From positions 1 through 64,000 of the IMG/VR virus record IMGVR_UViG_3300043753_000023: 64,000 nucleotides of DNA; one strand, 5' to 3'. Every line of letters starts with the position of its first letter. The stretch's first letter is position 1. The translations under genes and the position numbers were made by a program. The stretch is from a virus. Its lineage: Duplodnaviria; Caudoviricetes. Below the pieces are notes generated by a model, which did not search any database, was not told where the DNA came from, and worked only from the letters and a program-made list of their open reading frames with translations. This document shows positions 8,828 to 20,300 of the stretch, one piece after another.

Positions 8828-10226
8828 ATGACCCAGCCCGCGCCGATTGAGGCCCGCTGCGACCACTGCAAGCAGACCCGCCCGCTGTTCCTGTACGAGC
8901 CCGACCACAACGTCCACGCGATCCCGGTGGCCTGCGAATGGTGCGAGCGGGGGAAGCAGCCGCTGCTGTGCACCCGCTGCTGGGGCATCGAGCGGGAGCG
9001 GGAGGAGAACACGCCGATGGGATCCGAGGAGGAGGCGGTGACCGCGTTCCTGATGGCCGCCGCCGCGAGCAACGGCCGTCTGATCGCCCGCGCCGAGGCC
9101 GACCAGGCCACGTGCGAGGGAATCGCCGTCGCCACCGCCCAGTCTGAGACCGCCTGAGGAGGCTGCTGATGTCCGACACCACCACCGCCCGCGAAGCCAC
9201 GGTTCACGGCTGTCCGCCAGACGACTCTGCGCTCACTGCTTGTTGTGGCCGTACCGTGTTCGAGCTACCCCGATCCGACCGACTGTCATGCGAGCCGGCC
9301 GAGGTCACATGCCCGGCTGCTCACCGCTGCGACAGCTGTGAGGGCTTCGACCCCGCCAGCTGCCCGTTCAACCGCATCACCATCGCCCCGCCAGCCTGCG
9401 CTTCCTGCCGCCGCCCATTCGACCCGACTGACGACCGCTTTGACGGCCGCGCCCAGCACAGGAACACCCCGTGGTGCCGCGGCTGCGTCGACCGCTGCCA
9501 CGACAGCGAGAACGCCGACCACCGCTGCCGTGTGTGCTTCACCGACCCGTTCACCCAGGAAGGCTGACCATGACCACGACCCAGACGCTGTGTGCCCCTT
9601 GCGGGCAGCCCATCGCCTACATCGACTGCCCGACTGGCGGCTGGTGGGCGCACGACGAACACCCGGCCGATGAGCACGACGCCTTCCCGCCGAACGGCGG
9701 CCACAACGCGGACTGTGCCTACGTCGGTGGGGCCAGCCGCCGCTGCAGCTGCGCCCGCGCCTGCGCTGCCTGCTCCGGCAGCGGCGAGTGCCAGGACTGT
9801 GTCAACGCGGACTCGTTCGCCTGCAACACCTGCCTGTGCACCGGCGAATGCGTCCAGTGCGACGACACCGGCGCCGCCCCGACCACCCAGGAGAGCTGAA
9901 TCATGGGTACCACCGTGAAGCTGCGTCCCGCTGTGCGCCTTCTGCTGGACACCATCAACTTCCGCGCCGACATCGACTACTGCTGGTTGTCCCGTGAGGA
10001 CGTTGGCCGGTACTCGCTGATCGTCCCGGCCATGTACGGGCCGCACGATCACCTCCGGCTGGTGACGGTGGCGACGGTCGAGGAGGCGGTCGCGGCTGGG
10101 CTGGTCGAGTTGGGCGAGCTGGTGCCGATGCCGGTCTACAACTACGGCGGCCGGTACAGGTGGCGGACGATCCAGCAGGGCCAGACTGTTGGCCTGACCG
10201 AGCTCGGGATGGCGGTGGCCCGATGA
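8828..10226 (+). other. Four small ORFs, three of them Cys-rich
   Basis: 8828-9157, 9169-9567, 9570-9899 (multiple CxxC) and 9903-10226; RBS present. Confidence 0.6.
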
Positions 10227-10669
10227 CCGCCGCCCCGCGCCGCATTCAGCGCCGCCGCACCAAGGGCTGGCGCAAGCCCGAGAGCACGGTGATCGTCACC
10301 CGGCCGTCCAGGTTCGGGAACCCGTTCAAGCTCAGCAGTGGCCGGGAGATGGGCTACATCGACGTACGCGAAGCCGCAGTCGAGTTCTACCGCCTGTGGC
10401 TCGCCGGTGACCGGTTCCAGTGGCAGGCCGAAGAGGCCGACTCGCGGCGGGAGCAGATCCTCGCCGGTCTGCCGTCGCTACGCGGCAAGGACCTCGCCTG
10501 CTACTGCCCCGAGGGCGCTGCCTGCCACGCCGACGTGCTGCTCGCGAAGGCCAACCTGCCCGAGGCAGAGCTGGCCGAGTGGATCGCCAAGGTCCGGGCC
10601 CGTGTGGACCGCAACCGCGCCTATCACGGCGAGCCAGCCATCAACTCGACCACAGGGGAACCCCGATGA
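10223..10669 (+). CDS. DUF4326-family protein
   Basis: RIQRRRTKGWRKP...VTRPSRFGNPF...LRGKDLACYC...CHADVLL. Confidence 0.85.
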   Translation: MTAAPRRIQRRRTKGWRKPESTVIVTRPSRFGNPFKLSSGREMGYIDVREAAVEFYRLWLAGDRFQWQAEEADSRREQILAGLPSLRGKDLACYCPEGAACHADVLLAKANLPEAELAEWIAKVRARVDRNRAYHGEPAINSTTGEPR

Positions 10670-11659
10670 CCACCCAGCCGGATCTCGACGCGGCCCGGTT
10701 CGCTGCCGAGATCGCCACCCACCGCGCCAACCAGATCGCCACCGGCCAGCTGGACGACCCGCACGGCGACCGCTCGACCCCCGTGCACATCGACCCGACG
10801 CCCATTTACCGCCGCCGCTGACCCAACCACCTGCCGCCCGGCACCTGTCGGGCGGCTTCCCGAAGGAGAACCATGAACGACCAGACGTCCCGCAAGTTCG
10901 CCGCCAGCCTGATCAACGCAGTGAAGAACAGCACCAACCACTTGTCCGCCCTGTCGGACGGAAGCCCGCGCGACCTGAGTTTCGACCAGGCTATTGCCGT
11001 CAGTCAGGTGACGGCCTTGAACGCGATTGCGGCGTCGCTGCTGGCCGTGGCCGACGCCATCGAGAACGCAAACGGTGCCTCGTGAACGAGCTCGCCCGGT
11101 GGCTGTTCGTGCCGACGTTGCTGCTGGGCACCCTCGGCGTGGTGATCCTGATCTGCCGGATAGCCGACGCCGGGGAGCAGGAGCAGGCGCCACAGTCGGA
11201 TCCTACCGGGACCGAACAGTGGCGGATGGATGCCGAGTTCGCGGGGATCGTGGCGACGAGCCTCGCCGACCTGGAAACGAAGGAGTGAGGGACATGGACG
11301 GCAACAGCGCCGACTTCGATGGCTGCGCCCGGCCCTGTCGCACGGCCGGCATGCACGCCCTCGTGTGGGGTGACTGCGCGCACGCGCCGGAGTCGGCCCG
11401 GCCTGAGCCGCGGGTGACGATTGGCGGCGTCTACACGGCCGCCGACGGCTATCCGTCGATTGGGCTGGAGTCCATCCCAGTCAGCGAGTTGGCGGAGCGG
11501 ATCGAGAAGGCGCTGCGCACGGTGAGCATCGACCTGGGGCCGAATGCGCTCGGCATGTTGGAGCGTGGCGAGCCGGTTGGGCTGTCGGCTGGCGACTACT
11601 GGTTGATGGCGCTGGCGGTCGCGATGGATCTCGCGGGCGGCACCGAGCGGAACGACTAA
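10666..11659 (+). other. Four small hypothetical CDSs
   Basis: 10666-10821, 10873-11085, 11082-11288 (N-terminal TM helix LFVPTLLLGTLGVVILIC), 11294-11659. Confidence 0.55.
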
Positions 11660-11697
11660 CGCCGGTTTCACACACGGTGATGCACAATGATCTCTAC

Positions 11698-11735
11698 ACA
11701 CGAAAGCTCCCAACCGCCCGGCGGGAGCTTCGTGT
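11698..11735 (+). terminator. Intergenic stem-loop
   Basis: ACACGAA(A)GCTCCC...GGGAGCTTCGTGT. Confidence 0.55.
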
Positions 11736-11784
11736 ATGACGGACCTCGTGGGACTGATGTTACCTCTCAACTCTGGAGACGTGC

Positions 11785-11910
11785 ATGCCCGCGGTAGCCG
11801 ACCTCGATGACGAACTCCTCGCTGAGCTCAGTGGCGTGACGCCCGAGCAGTTCGCGCGCGTCCCCGAAGACGTCCGGGATGCCCTTCGTGAGTTCCTCGC
11901 CGCCCCCTGA
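11785..11910 (+). CDS. 41-aa acidic peptide between two hairpins
   Basis: GGAG RBS; MPAVADLDDELLAELSGVTPEQFARVPEDVRDALREFLAAP. Confidence 0.55.
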   Translation: MPAVADLDDELLAELSGVTPEQFARVPEDVRDALREFLAAP

Positions 11911-11917
11911 CAGCAAT

Positions 11918-11950
11918 GCGGGACGCCCTCGCGCAAAGGGGGCGTCCCGC
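11918..11950 (+). terminator. Intergenic stem-loop
   Basis: GCGGGACGCCC-loop-GGGCGTCCCGC perfect 11-bp stem. Confidence 0.6.
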
Positions 11951-12019
11951 TAGACCGTGCCGGCTGCTGGCGCGACGCGTGGTCGACACCGACGGTACTC
12001 CTGTGCGAGGAGATGCGCG

Positions 12020-12745
12020 ATGTACGACCCGCCCGACGACGTTCCGATCCCCGAATGTGTCCTCTGTGCCTGGCAGTTGCATGGCGCCGACTACAGCCGG
12101 CTCACCTGCATCAAGTGCGAGGACCGGCTCTACGCCCAGCTGAACTCCGTCCTCGACCTGTGGGTTCAGCTGCCCTCCTCCGCTTACCGCCGGATCGGCG
12201 CACCCAGCCCGGGCCATGCCGCCGCGGTGCACTCCGGCATGCCCGGCAACGCGGTCGTGCTCTCCCTGACGGCGGGCGGCGACGACACCCCGGCCGGCCG
12301 CCTTCTGGCCGTCGAGGACGACTGGCGGCGCTCCCGCGGCCTGGCGCCGCGGGAGCGGGTTGGCCGACCCGAGGCTGCGCTGCGCACTGCAGTAACGTTC
12401 CTGCGCTCGCACCTAGGCTGGGCGTGCGGCCCGCACCTCAACCCGCGGCGACTGGAGGACGGTTCGCCGCTGCTCCCGGATGTGGAGCTCCTCGCCGCAC
12501 ATCTAGGTAAGACCCACGCGGAACTGCAGGGCGCGATAGCCCAGGCGTCCTCCAGTGAGCCCCGGCCGCGGATGCTCGCGGTGACGTGCGGCGCCGAGTT
12601 CGATGACGGCAGCACGTGCCCGGAGACGATCCGCGTTGGCGCGCGTGACCTTCGGACGAAGTGCCCGGCCTGCCAGGCGGAGTGGACGCGCGAGGTGTAT
12701 TTCCGGATGGCAAATGAGATCGGCTACTTCGAGGAGGCGGCGTGA
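12020..12745 (+). CDS. Multi-zinc-finger phage protein (possible regulator)
   Basis: GAGGAG RBS; CVLC...CIKC at the N-terminus, C...C...CPAC at the C-terminus. Confidence 0.6.
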   Translation: MYDPPDDVPIPECVLCAWQLHGADYSRLTCIKCEDRLYAQLNSVLDLWVQLPSSAYRRIGAPSPGHAAAVHSGMPGNAVVLSLTAGGDDTPAGRLLAVEDDWRRSRGLAPRERVGRPEAALRTAVTFLRSHLGWACGPHLNPRRLEDGSPLLPDVELLAAHLGKTHAELQGAIAQASSSEPRPRMLAVTCGAEFDDGSTCPETIRVGARDLRTKCPACQAEWTREVYFRMANEIGYFEEAA

Positions 12746-13286
12746 CCGGCATTGAGCAGACCGCGGTCTGGCTGGCCGGGTTCTTCCTGGCCGCCCTGAC
12801 GTTCGCGAGCGTGGCGAAGACGCGGGCCGATGCCCGGGTCGCGGTCGCGCGGCTGGAGTTGGAGGCGGTCAAGGCACAGCCGGCCCACCTTGGGGTGCCG
12901 TGCTTCCCGCCGGCGGACTGGACGCCGGACGGTGAACGGTGACCGACTCCAAGTTCTGGTGCCCGCTCAACTGCGGGTGGTTCCTCAGCGGCTGGCTCTC
13001 CGACGCCTCCGCGATAGACCTGTCCGGCCCCAAGGTGCCCGCGTTTCCGTTGCCAGCGTCACCTGCTGGCGTGGACCATTTCGCGTTCAGCGCCCTAACC
13101 CTCGAACTGCAGCGTGCCGAGGCGTCCATTCGGTCGCACCTTGAGTCGCATGCCCTGTCGGAGTGGGTGGAAGCCCTGGCAGGCCTTCGTCGCGAGCGTG
13201 ATGTTGCGCGGGTCGATCGCAACCAACTCGCGGAAGCCGTCCGCTGCGGCCTGGCAGCGGCGGCGAGCATCTTGGAGGCGTCGTGA
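12742..13286 (+). other. Two hypothetical CDSs
   Basis: 12742-12942 (TM helix) and 12939-13286; GTGA overlaps. Confidence 0.55.
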
Positions 13287-13795
13287 TTGAGTCTTTGCCT
13301 CGGCCTGGCGACATAGGCCTGACGTCCGTCCGTGGCCCGGTTGGCCGGCTCATCCAGCTTGGGGAAGCCCTGTGCGGCGATGGCTTCACGCAGTTCGAGC
13401 ATGCCTTCCTGGTGTTGCCGGGCGGGATGTTGATCGAGGCTCAGCCGGGTGGTGCGGTGATCCGGCCGTTGTCCGACTACGACGGGCGGCATGTGGCGTA
13501 TGTGGCACCGGCCGGGATGACGGACGGGCAGCGGGAGGCAGTGTGTGCCGCGGCGCTGAAGTACGTCGGGGTGGGCTACTCGTTCCTTGACTACGCGGCG
13601 ATCGCTGCGCACCGGGTGCACCTGCCCGTGCCGTTCCTGAAGCGATTGGTGGCATCGTCGAAGCACATGCTCTGCTCCCAGCTGGTCGACCAGTCCTTCC
13701 AGGATGGCGGGTGCGCGCTCTTCTCCGACCTTCGCTGGCCGGGTTACGTCGTGCCGGCGGACTTGTGGCTGTCGATGGGCGGTGAGCAGCGGTGA
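13283..13795 (+). CDS. Permuted papain-like (NlpC/P60 superfamily, YiiX/YebB-type) amidase
   Basis: PRPGDIGL...FEHAFLV (His first)...KYVGVGYS...LCSQLV (Cys last). Confidence 0.75.
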   Translation: MIESLPRPGDIGLTSVRGPVGRLIQLGEALCGDGFTQFEHAFLVLPGGMLIEAQPGGAVIRPLSDYDGRHVAYVAPAGMTDGQREAVCAAALKYVGVGYSFLDYAAIAAHRVHLPVPFLKRLVASSKHMLCSQLVDQSFQDGGCALFSDLRWPGYVVPADLWLSMGGEQR

Positions 13796-15321
13796 GCTTC
13801 GACGGCATCGGTCCGCTGCTGAAGTATGACGGCCCGTGGGGGATGGTGAAGTTCGCCGAACTGGGCGGCCATCTCGCGGACCTGCCCGGCCGGGCGGGCT
13901 TCGTGGATGCGCTCGCCCAGGCTGAGAAGGGCGCCCGTGGGCGGCTGTGCGGGTACTCCGCACGGCAGGCGACGGCCCTGGGTGAGGCGGAGGAGGAACC
14001 GGTGATCGGGCTGCCGTCGCCGCCGTGGTGGGACAGTCGACTGGACGCCATCCAGGGCGATGGGCTGCCCGTGGTTGCGTGGCAGCGGTGCGCGGTGACC
14101 GCCTTGATGGATGAGGCGTTGCTGTACGGGGTGTCTTCGCGCTGGCAGGCGTTGCTCGATGAGGGCTGGTCGGGCTGGCTGCCGGAGTTGGAGAGTCGGG
14201 TCCGGCTGGTTCCGGTCCGGGCGACGCGGAGGCTGCGATGATGCGGCGCCGTGTTCCTTGGCGCTGCCGCGTGTTTGGCCACGAGCTGGGGCTCTACGGC
14301 CTCCGAGGCAACTTCGATCTGGTGGGCCAGCCCCGCGACAACGGCATGTTCACGATCGACGCTTGGTGCGGCCGCTGCGGCACGTGGGTGGGCGTGACGT
14401 CCCCGTCGAAGTTCGTCTTCGTGCGGGAGGACAGCGATGGGTGACCACGAGGCGCGCTGCGGCCCTGCCCGCGGCGGCTTCAAGGTCTGCTACTGCCACT
14501 GCGGGGCCTGCCGGGATGGTGGCAGGTGCGTGTGCCCGGGCTGCCGGGCGACGGCGGAGTGCCGCGGGAACCGAGGGCGAGAGGAGGCGAGCCGATGGCA
14601 TTCTGGTTGAAGCGGCCTGGGCAGTCCGCGGACGAGGCGGAGCCGATCGGGGAGACCGACGACTACGAGTACATCAGCGGCTTGAACGCCGGGGTGGACG
14701 AGTGGTCGCTGGCATTGCCGCACCAGTGCGACGCGTGGGAGATCGCGTTCGGGTCACTGGAGGAGACGCTGGCGGAGGCGCGGGAGTTCCGGGCCGGCCT
14801 GGACGAGGCGATCAGGCGGCTGGAGCGGGCGCAGGTTGAGGATGGGAATGAGCCGGCCCGCTATGCGGCTGCGCGGGCTTCTGCGGCCCGGTCGCTGCGG
14901 GCGGTTGAGGCGGAGGCGGCCGGGCTCGGCATCGATCTGGTTGCTGAGCTCGCGCGCTGGCAGGCCAAGCAGTTCGAGGGCTGGTCGCCGTTTGCGGCGA
15001 TGGCTGACCCGGCGTTCCGGCGGCCGTGGTCACCGCCGTCGATTCCGTCCGGCTGCTACGAGGCCTCGTTCGGGTGGGTGCATGTCCAGCCGGCCTGCCG
15101 CTGCGCCAGGGGTCGGCGATCGCATGGCGGCTGGCATGGTGTGCGAGGGTTGCGGCGAGGTGTGCCCGTGGAATCCGTGGGACCGCTGTTCGTGGGGCTG
15201 TTTTGATGAGGATCGCAAGGATCCGGCGGAGCACGCGGCGATGCTTGAGGCTGCGCCGGAAGCCTTCGCGTTCTTCATGGGCATCGGGCCCGGCGAACAG
15301 GTGGGCCGGGCGGTAGGCTGA
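13792..15321 (+). other. Terminal small ORFs of the rightward arm
   Basis: 13792-14241, 14238-14444, 14437-14610 (9 Cys in 57 aa), 14595-15206, 15124-15321. Confidence 0.5.
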
Positions 15322-15377
15322 GCGCTGCGCGCCAACGCACAGGCCCCGGCTTTGTGGGCAACCAATGCAACGGCACG

Positions 15378-15713
15378 TCAGCCCAGATGGGCCAGCTTCT
15401 CGGCGAGTGCCAGCGGCATGCCAGCGTCGGCGGCGGCCTGGTCTGCACGTCGCAGGAGGGCGCGGATGTACTGGTGGTTGTACGCCCCGGGCTCCTTCAG
15501 TTCGGTGTGCATGCGAAGCTGAACGCTGCTGTACAGCTCACCGGCCGCATCGAGGGCGGCGTCCCGCTCGATGTCGGCATTACCTGCTGGAGTGAGGTCG
15601 CCGAGCGCGTCGAAGCATTCGCTGGACGCCGCGTCGATCAGCGCGCGGACGGCCGAGTCGGCGAACCGCGGCGCCGCCACGGCGGCGGTGTAGAGGTTGT
15701 TCGCGATGGTCAC
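15378..15713 (-). CDS. Hypothetical protein, last gene of the leftward arm
   Basis: AGGAGG RBS, GTG start, preceded by a hairpin at about 15757-15782. Confidence 0.65.
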   Translation of the reverse strand: MTIANNLYTAAVAAPRFADSAVRALIDAASSECFDALGDLTPAGNADIERDAALDAAGELYSSVQLRMHTELKEPGAYNHQYIRALLRRADQAAADAGMPLALAEKLAHLG

Positions 15714-16306
15714 GTTGCCTCCTTGGCGCTGTGGTGAGTAGCACGAAGCCCCGCCGTGATCGGAAGGATTCGCGGTGGGGCCTCAGTGTCCCGGCGGTCG
15801 CGCGAGTGGCTGATCGGGCCACGACCCGCCGGGCGTTGAGTGTACGGCGGTTCCTTGATCTTCCGCTGACGGTTTGTCACCGGCTCTGACCAAGAAGCGC
15901 GAGCACCTCAGCGGCCGCCGCGCCCTGCTGGGTCGCGCCTGCCCACACTCGCACGCCGTCGAGCCGGCGGAGCAGTGCAACGACGGTGGCGCAGACGTCC
16001 TCCGGCTTGTGGTCGAGCCACAAGTGGTCGCCTAGGTCGGCGCAGTAGTCGGGGATGTCGGTGGCATCGCAGTTGGCGACGGGGCAGCGCAGGTCGGTCA
16101 TGACTCTCCTTGCCTCGGAGTCGGCCCATGGAGTACGGCCGCGAGGTCGTCGTGGAGGTCGCGGCCGGTGAGCGCCTGGTAGCAGTTGCACCCGCAGTAG
16201 ACGGCGAGCGGCCCGTCGGCCGGACCGGGCACGAACGTCGAACATCGGCCGGCGACCGCGGCGCTCGTGTGGTGGCCGCAGGCGGGACAGGCGGTGATCA
16301 GGTTGG

Positions 16307-17005
16307 TCACTTCCGCTGCCCCTCCTCGTGGCATCCGGCGCAGTCTTCGAGGCCGCAGGCCTGGCAGACGTGCTGGTTGAGTGGGGTGCCGGTGTCGGCG
16401 TGGAGCCGGTAGGTGTCGAGCACCTCGTTCAGCGCCTTCCACTGCTCGGATGACTCCGACTCATACTCGTCGCGCTGGGTCTTGAGCCACTGCTCGAACT
16501 GGTCGCCGCCTTGGGGTCGGCCAGCCGCGCTGCCCACCACGGCGAGGGCGGCGGCCGCGGCCCCGGGGAGGGTGTCGCAGACCGGGGCGCCGTGGCGGCG
16601 GGCGACGTGGATTAGGTAGCGGTTGCGCTCGGGGTTGGGGCAGTTGGGGGGTGCGCCGAGCACGGCGCGGCCGCTGGTGACGTCCAGGCCGAACTCGACG
16701 TTTGTCGTCATGCCGGGCAGCGTCCGCATGTCGCGGGGGATCCAGAACAGGATCGCGCCAGCTGCCGCGCGGGCGGCGGTCTCCCAGTCGACCTGGTCCT
16801 CGTAGCGGGCGGCCCGCTGGCCGCCCCGGGATTCGGGGCTCAGCACGGTGAGCGGCTGCTCGCCGGTCCACTGCTCGGCCAGGGCGGCGACGGCGGCCGG
16901 GCGCCAGGACGGCACGGGGGCGGCCTTGTCCGGGGTGGGCCCGGCCAGGAAGACTGAGGGTCCGGCGGGGATCGGCTCGCGGGCCATGACGAGGTTGACG
17001 GTCAC
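16307..17005 (-). CDS. Nucleoside 2-deoxyribosyltransferase-like protein
   Basis: SVFLAGPTP...SWR...VLSPE...QVDWE...AILFWIPRDMRTLPGMTTNVEFG. Confidence 0.8.
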   Translation of the reverse strand: MTVNLVMAREPIPAGPSVFLAGPTPDKAAPVPSWRPAAVAALAEQWTGEQPLTVLSPESRGGQRAARYEDQVDWETAARAAAGAILFWIPRDMRTLPGMTTNVEFGLDVTSGRAVLGAPPNCPNPERNRYLIHVARRHGAPVCDTLPGAAAAALAVVGSAAGRPQGGDQFEQWLKTQRDEYESESSEQWKALNEVLDTYRLHADTGTPLNQHVCQACGLEDCAGCHEEGQRK

Positions 17006-17379
17006 TTGCTGGCTCCGTTCTGCGCGGCGGCGCGGGCGGCGTGCTGGGGCGTCCAGGGCAGCGGCAGGTTGTCGCCGGCCTCCCTGGGCACCACGTGGAC
17101 GTGCAGGTGGAAGACGGACTGGGTCGCCACGCTGCCCTTGCTGGTGATGAGGTTCGCGGCCGGGTGCTCGGCCATCAGCTCGGCGGCGCGGCGCATCACG
17201 TTGGCGGTGATGTCCGGGTCGGTCCCGGCGTCGGGCACGTGCTGACGCGGGATCACGAGGAGGTGGCCGGGGTGGACGCCGCCGCTGCGGGGCCGGATCG
17301 CGACCGCGTCCGGCCACTGCCGGACGATGTCGGCCGCGGCGTGGCCGGCGGCGATGGCGCAGAAGACGCAGGGCTTCAC
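17002..17379 (-). CDS. HIT-family nucleotide hydrolase
   Basis: CVFCAI N-terminus, GHLLVIPRQH, and the HIT motif QSVFHLHVHVVPR; AAGGAG RBS before GTG 17379. Confidence 0.92.
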   Translation of the reverse strand: MKPCVFCAIAAGHAAADIVRQWPDAVAIRPRSGGVHPGHLLVIPRQHVPDAGTDPDITANVMRRAAELMAEHPAANLITSKGSVATQSVFHLHVHVVPREAGDNLPLPWTPQHAARAAAQNGASK

Positions 17380-20300
17380 GGGACTCCTTGGTTCGGGTCG
17401 GTCGGTGGTGGCCACTCCTCACTCCCATCCGTACTCGTCGCTGACCTTCTCCATCAGCTCCGTGAGTGTGGAGCTGGAGAAGTGCTCTACCGGCTGGCCG
17501 TAGCGCCAGACCTGTTCGTGGAACTGGCCGTTCTCGTACCAGACGCGGCCGTTGAAGTTCCACGCGGCGTGGCGCCCCCAGGCGGGTTCGTTCCGCAGGT
17601 GCTCCTCGAACCCGTCGTCAATGGTGTGGTCGAGGTTGCTCATGCCGAGGTCGGTCTCGGCGTAGCCCTCGGGGGCTGACCTGACGCCGTTGCTCATGGC
17701 TGCTCCTGGTTGCTGGCGGAGCCGTTCTTGATCCGCCGGCCGATGACGACGACTGCCGCGTCGACGGCTTGCGCGCACTCCGCGGCTTCGAAGCGCGGGT
17801 TGTCGCCGGCGTGGCTTTCGCAGCGTTCGGTGATGGTGGTCGCGTTGCCGTCGGCGCGCTGGATGTCGACGGTGATCGTGGTGGTGATCTTCACGGCTGC
17901 TCCCCGTTGCGGTCGGTGGTGGTCAGGTCGAGCCGCAGGCTCGGGCTGATGGCGATCGTGTGGCTCAGTGGGTCGTCGTCCCATTCCAGCTCAACGCCGC
18001 CGTTGGGCATCGGGTAGGCCCGGAGCGGGCCGGCCCAGTCGGTGACGGATTGGGCGATGCGGGCCGCGTGGGCGATGACGCCGGGCCCGGGCGGGACACC
18101 TTCACCGTCGCACCAGCCGGGGGCCAGGTTGCCGAGCTCGTCGAGGCGGTCCCAGATCTCGGGGCGGATGTCGGTCACCACAGTTCCTCGTCGTCCTCAT
18201 TGGGGTCCTTCCCGTCCCACGGCGCGCACTCCTCCTCGGCGAGCACCTTCTCCAGTTCGCGGGTCAGCGCGACGGTGCTCCATGGCTGGTCGGGGTTGTG
18301 CACCCGCCTTACAGCTTCGACGAGTACCTGCTCGGCGACCTCAAGGGCCGCGCTCCAGTGGCGGATGCCGGGCCGGTATTGGGCGATGACAGTCGGTTCG
18401 CCGTCACGGTTCGGGTCGGCGATCGTGAGGGTGGTGCCCTGGGCGCAGCCGATGTCGTGGGACTCGAACTCGAAGGCGAGCCGGCCGCGGTCGGTAGTGA
18501 TCTCGATGAGGTGTCGGACGCGGGAGGTAATGGTCACGGCTGTTCCTTTCCGCTGAAGCCGATCAGTTCGAGCTGCCGCTCTGCCGGGAGTTGGTCGATG
18601 AAGATGGCGTCGCCGAACCGGGCGGTCTTGTCGGCGATGGCTTCGCCCAGGTTGGCGCCGGCGAGGGGCACCCATCGGGCCGTGCACCAGGGGTCGCGGT
18701 CGAAGTAGTGAAGGCGGCCGTGATCGAAGCACCAGGCGTAGGTCTTGGTCACGGCTGCTCCTCGAGGGCGGCTTCGATCAGTTCGCGGATGTCCTCGTCT
18801 TCGGCGGGACCGAGGCCGCCGACCCACACCTCGACGTTCGCGTAGTACTCGCTCACTGCTGCACGTCGCTGTCGACCCATGTGATCGCGGGTTCCTGCCG
18901 GACCACGGTGCGGTCGCGGATGATGTACCGCCACGGCGTGCCGTCAGGGTCTTCGGGGTGGGCTTCGATGGTGCCGCTGAACTCCTTGCCGGGGAACGCG
19001 TCGATCAGCGACTGGAGTTCGGCATGGATGCCGTGGCCGTTGTAGGCGCGGCTACTGAGTGGAACGACCGCATCCCCGGCGATGATGTTCGTAACGACGG
19101 CCTCGGTGGCGGCGAGCTGTAGGGTCTTCAACCCCTGCGGCATGTGGATGCTGACCTGCAGCCAGGTGAGGGGCGGGGTGATGTCGATGCGGCCGGTGAA
19201 GTGGGAGTCGTAGCTCATCAGTTGGTCTCCTGTTCGGGCCTGGGTGCGTCGATGAGGTCGTGGGATTCGATCGGGGTGGTGAGTGCTTCGAGGAGGTCGG
19301 GGTCGGCGTGAACCTCGGCAGTGGTGCGCCACGCGGCGAGGACAGTATCCAGCGCCGCGAGAGTCTCGGCGTCCGTCCTGTGCCTGGTGCCGTCGGCGGT
19401 CTCCGCGATCTCGGCGAGCATCTCGCGGAGCTCGTTGGCCGGCAGGTGGCTGGCCCAGGCGAGCGGGGTCGCGGTCACTGCTTCTCCTCGTTGTTGCAGC
19501 CGATTTGGTGGTCGCCGCCGGTGCCGTCGCACACGAGGCGGGCGTCGCCGCGGCACCACGCCTCGTGGCGCAGCGCTTCGAGCTCTTGGGGGTCGCGGTT
19601 CCTGAGCCGCTCGATCAGGGCATCGGCGTTGGTGGTCACTGCTTCCCGCCCTTCTTCTCGCGGGTCGTGGGGAACGCGATAGCGGCGTTGAGACGCTCTT
19701 CGTCGATGTCGATGAGGCCGAGCTCCAGAAGGTGGAGGAGCCCTTCGCGGAGCTGTTTGCGCGTCACTGTCGCCGGGGTCATGTTGGGCTGCTTGTAGGG
19801 ACCGTCGGGCCCGAACGTCCAGTCGCTGGCGGCGAAGTCGGCGATACGCAGGATCTCGCGGAATGGGCTGCCGTCGGTGTCGTCGACCGGGATGCGGGAC
19901 CACTTGTCGAAGGCTGCGGCGGGCAACGGGGGCTTGGTCACTGCTGCTCCTGTCGGTGGTGGCACATGCCGCGGCAGTGGTCGCATGTGTCGACGAGTTC
20001 GTGGCTCCGGCCGTCGCACGGGCTGCCACACGGGTTCCCGCCGGTACGCCCCCGGGCGAGGGTGACCTCGCGTGGCCGGTAGAGGCCGTTGCCGCCGACT
20101 AGGTAGTAGCCGTTGTCAGTGGCGTACATGCGGACGGAAGCGACCGGAAGGGTTTGCCCCTTATCGGGGCCGTCGACGACGGTCAGCCAGTCACCAGCTA
20201 GGTGCATCACTGCTGCTCCAGTGCATATCCGGTGCGGCGGGGCTTGCTGGCCTTGGTGAACGGGGAGTCGTGGAGCTTCGCGAGGGACACGCTCCGGGTT

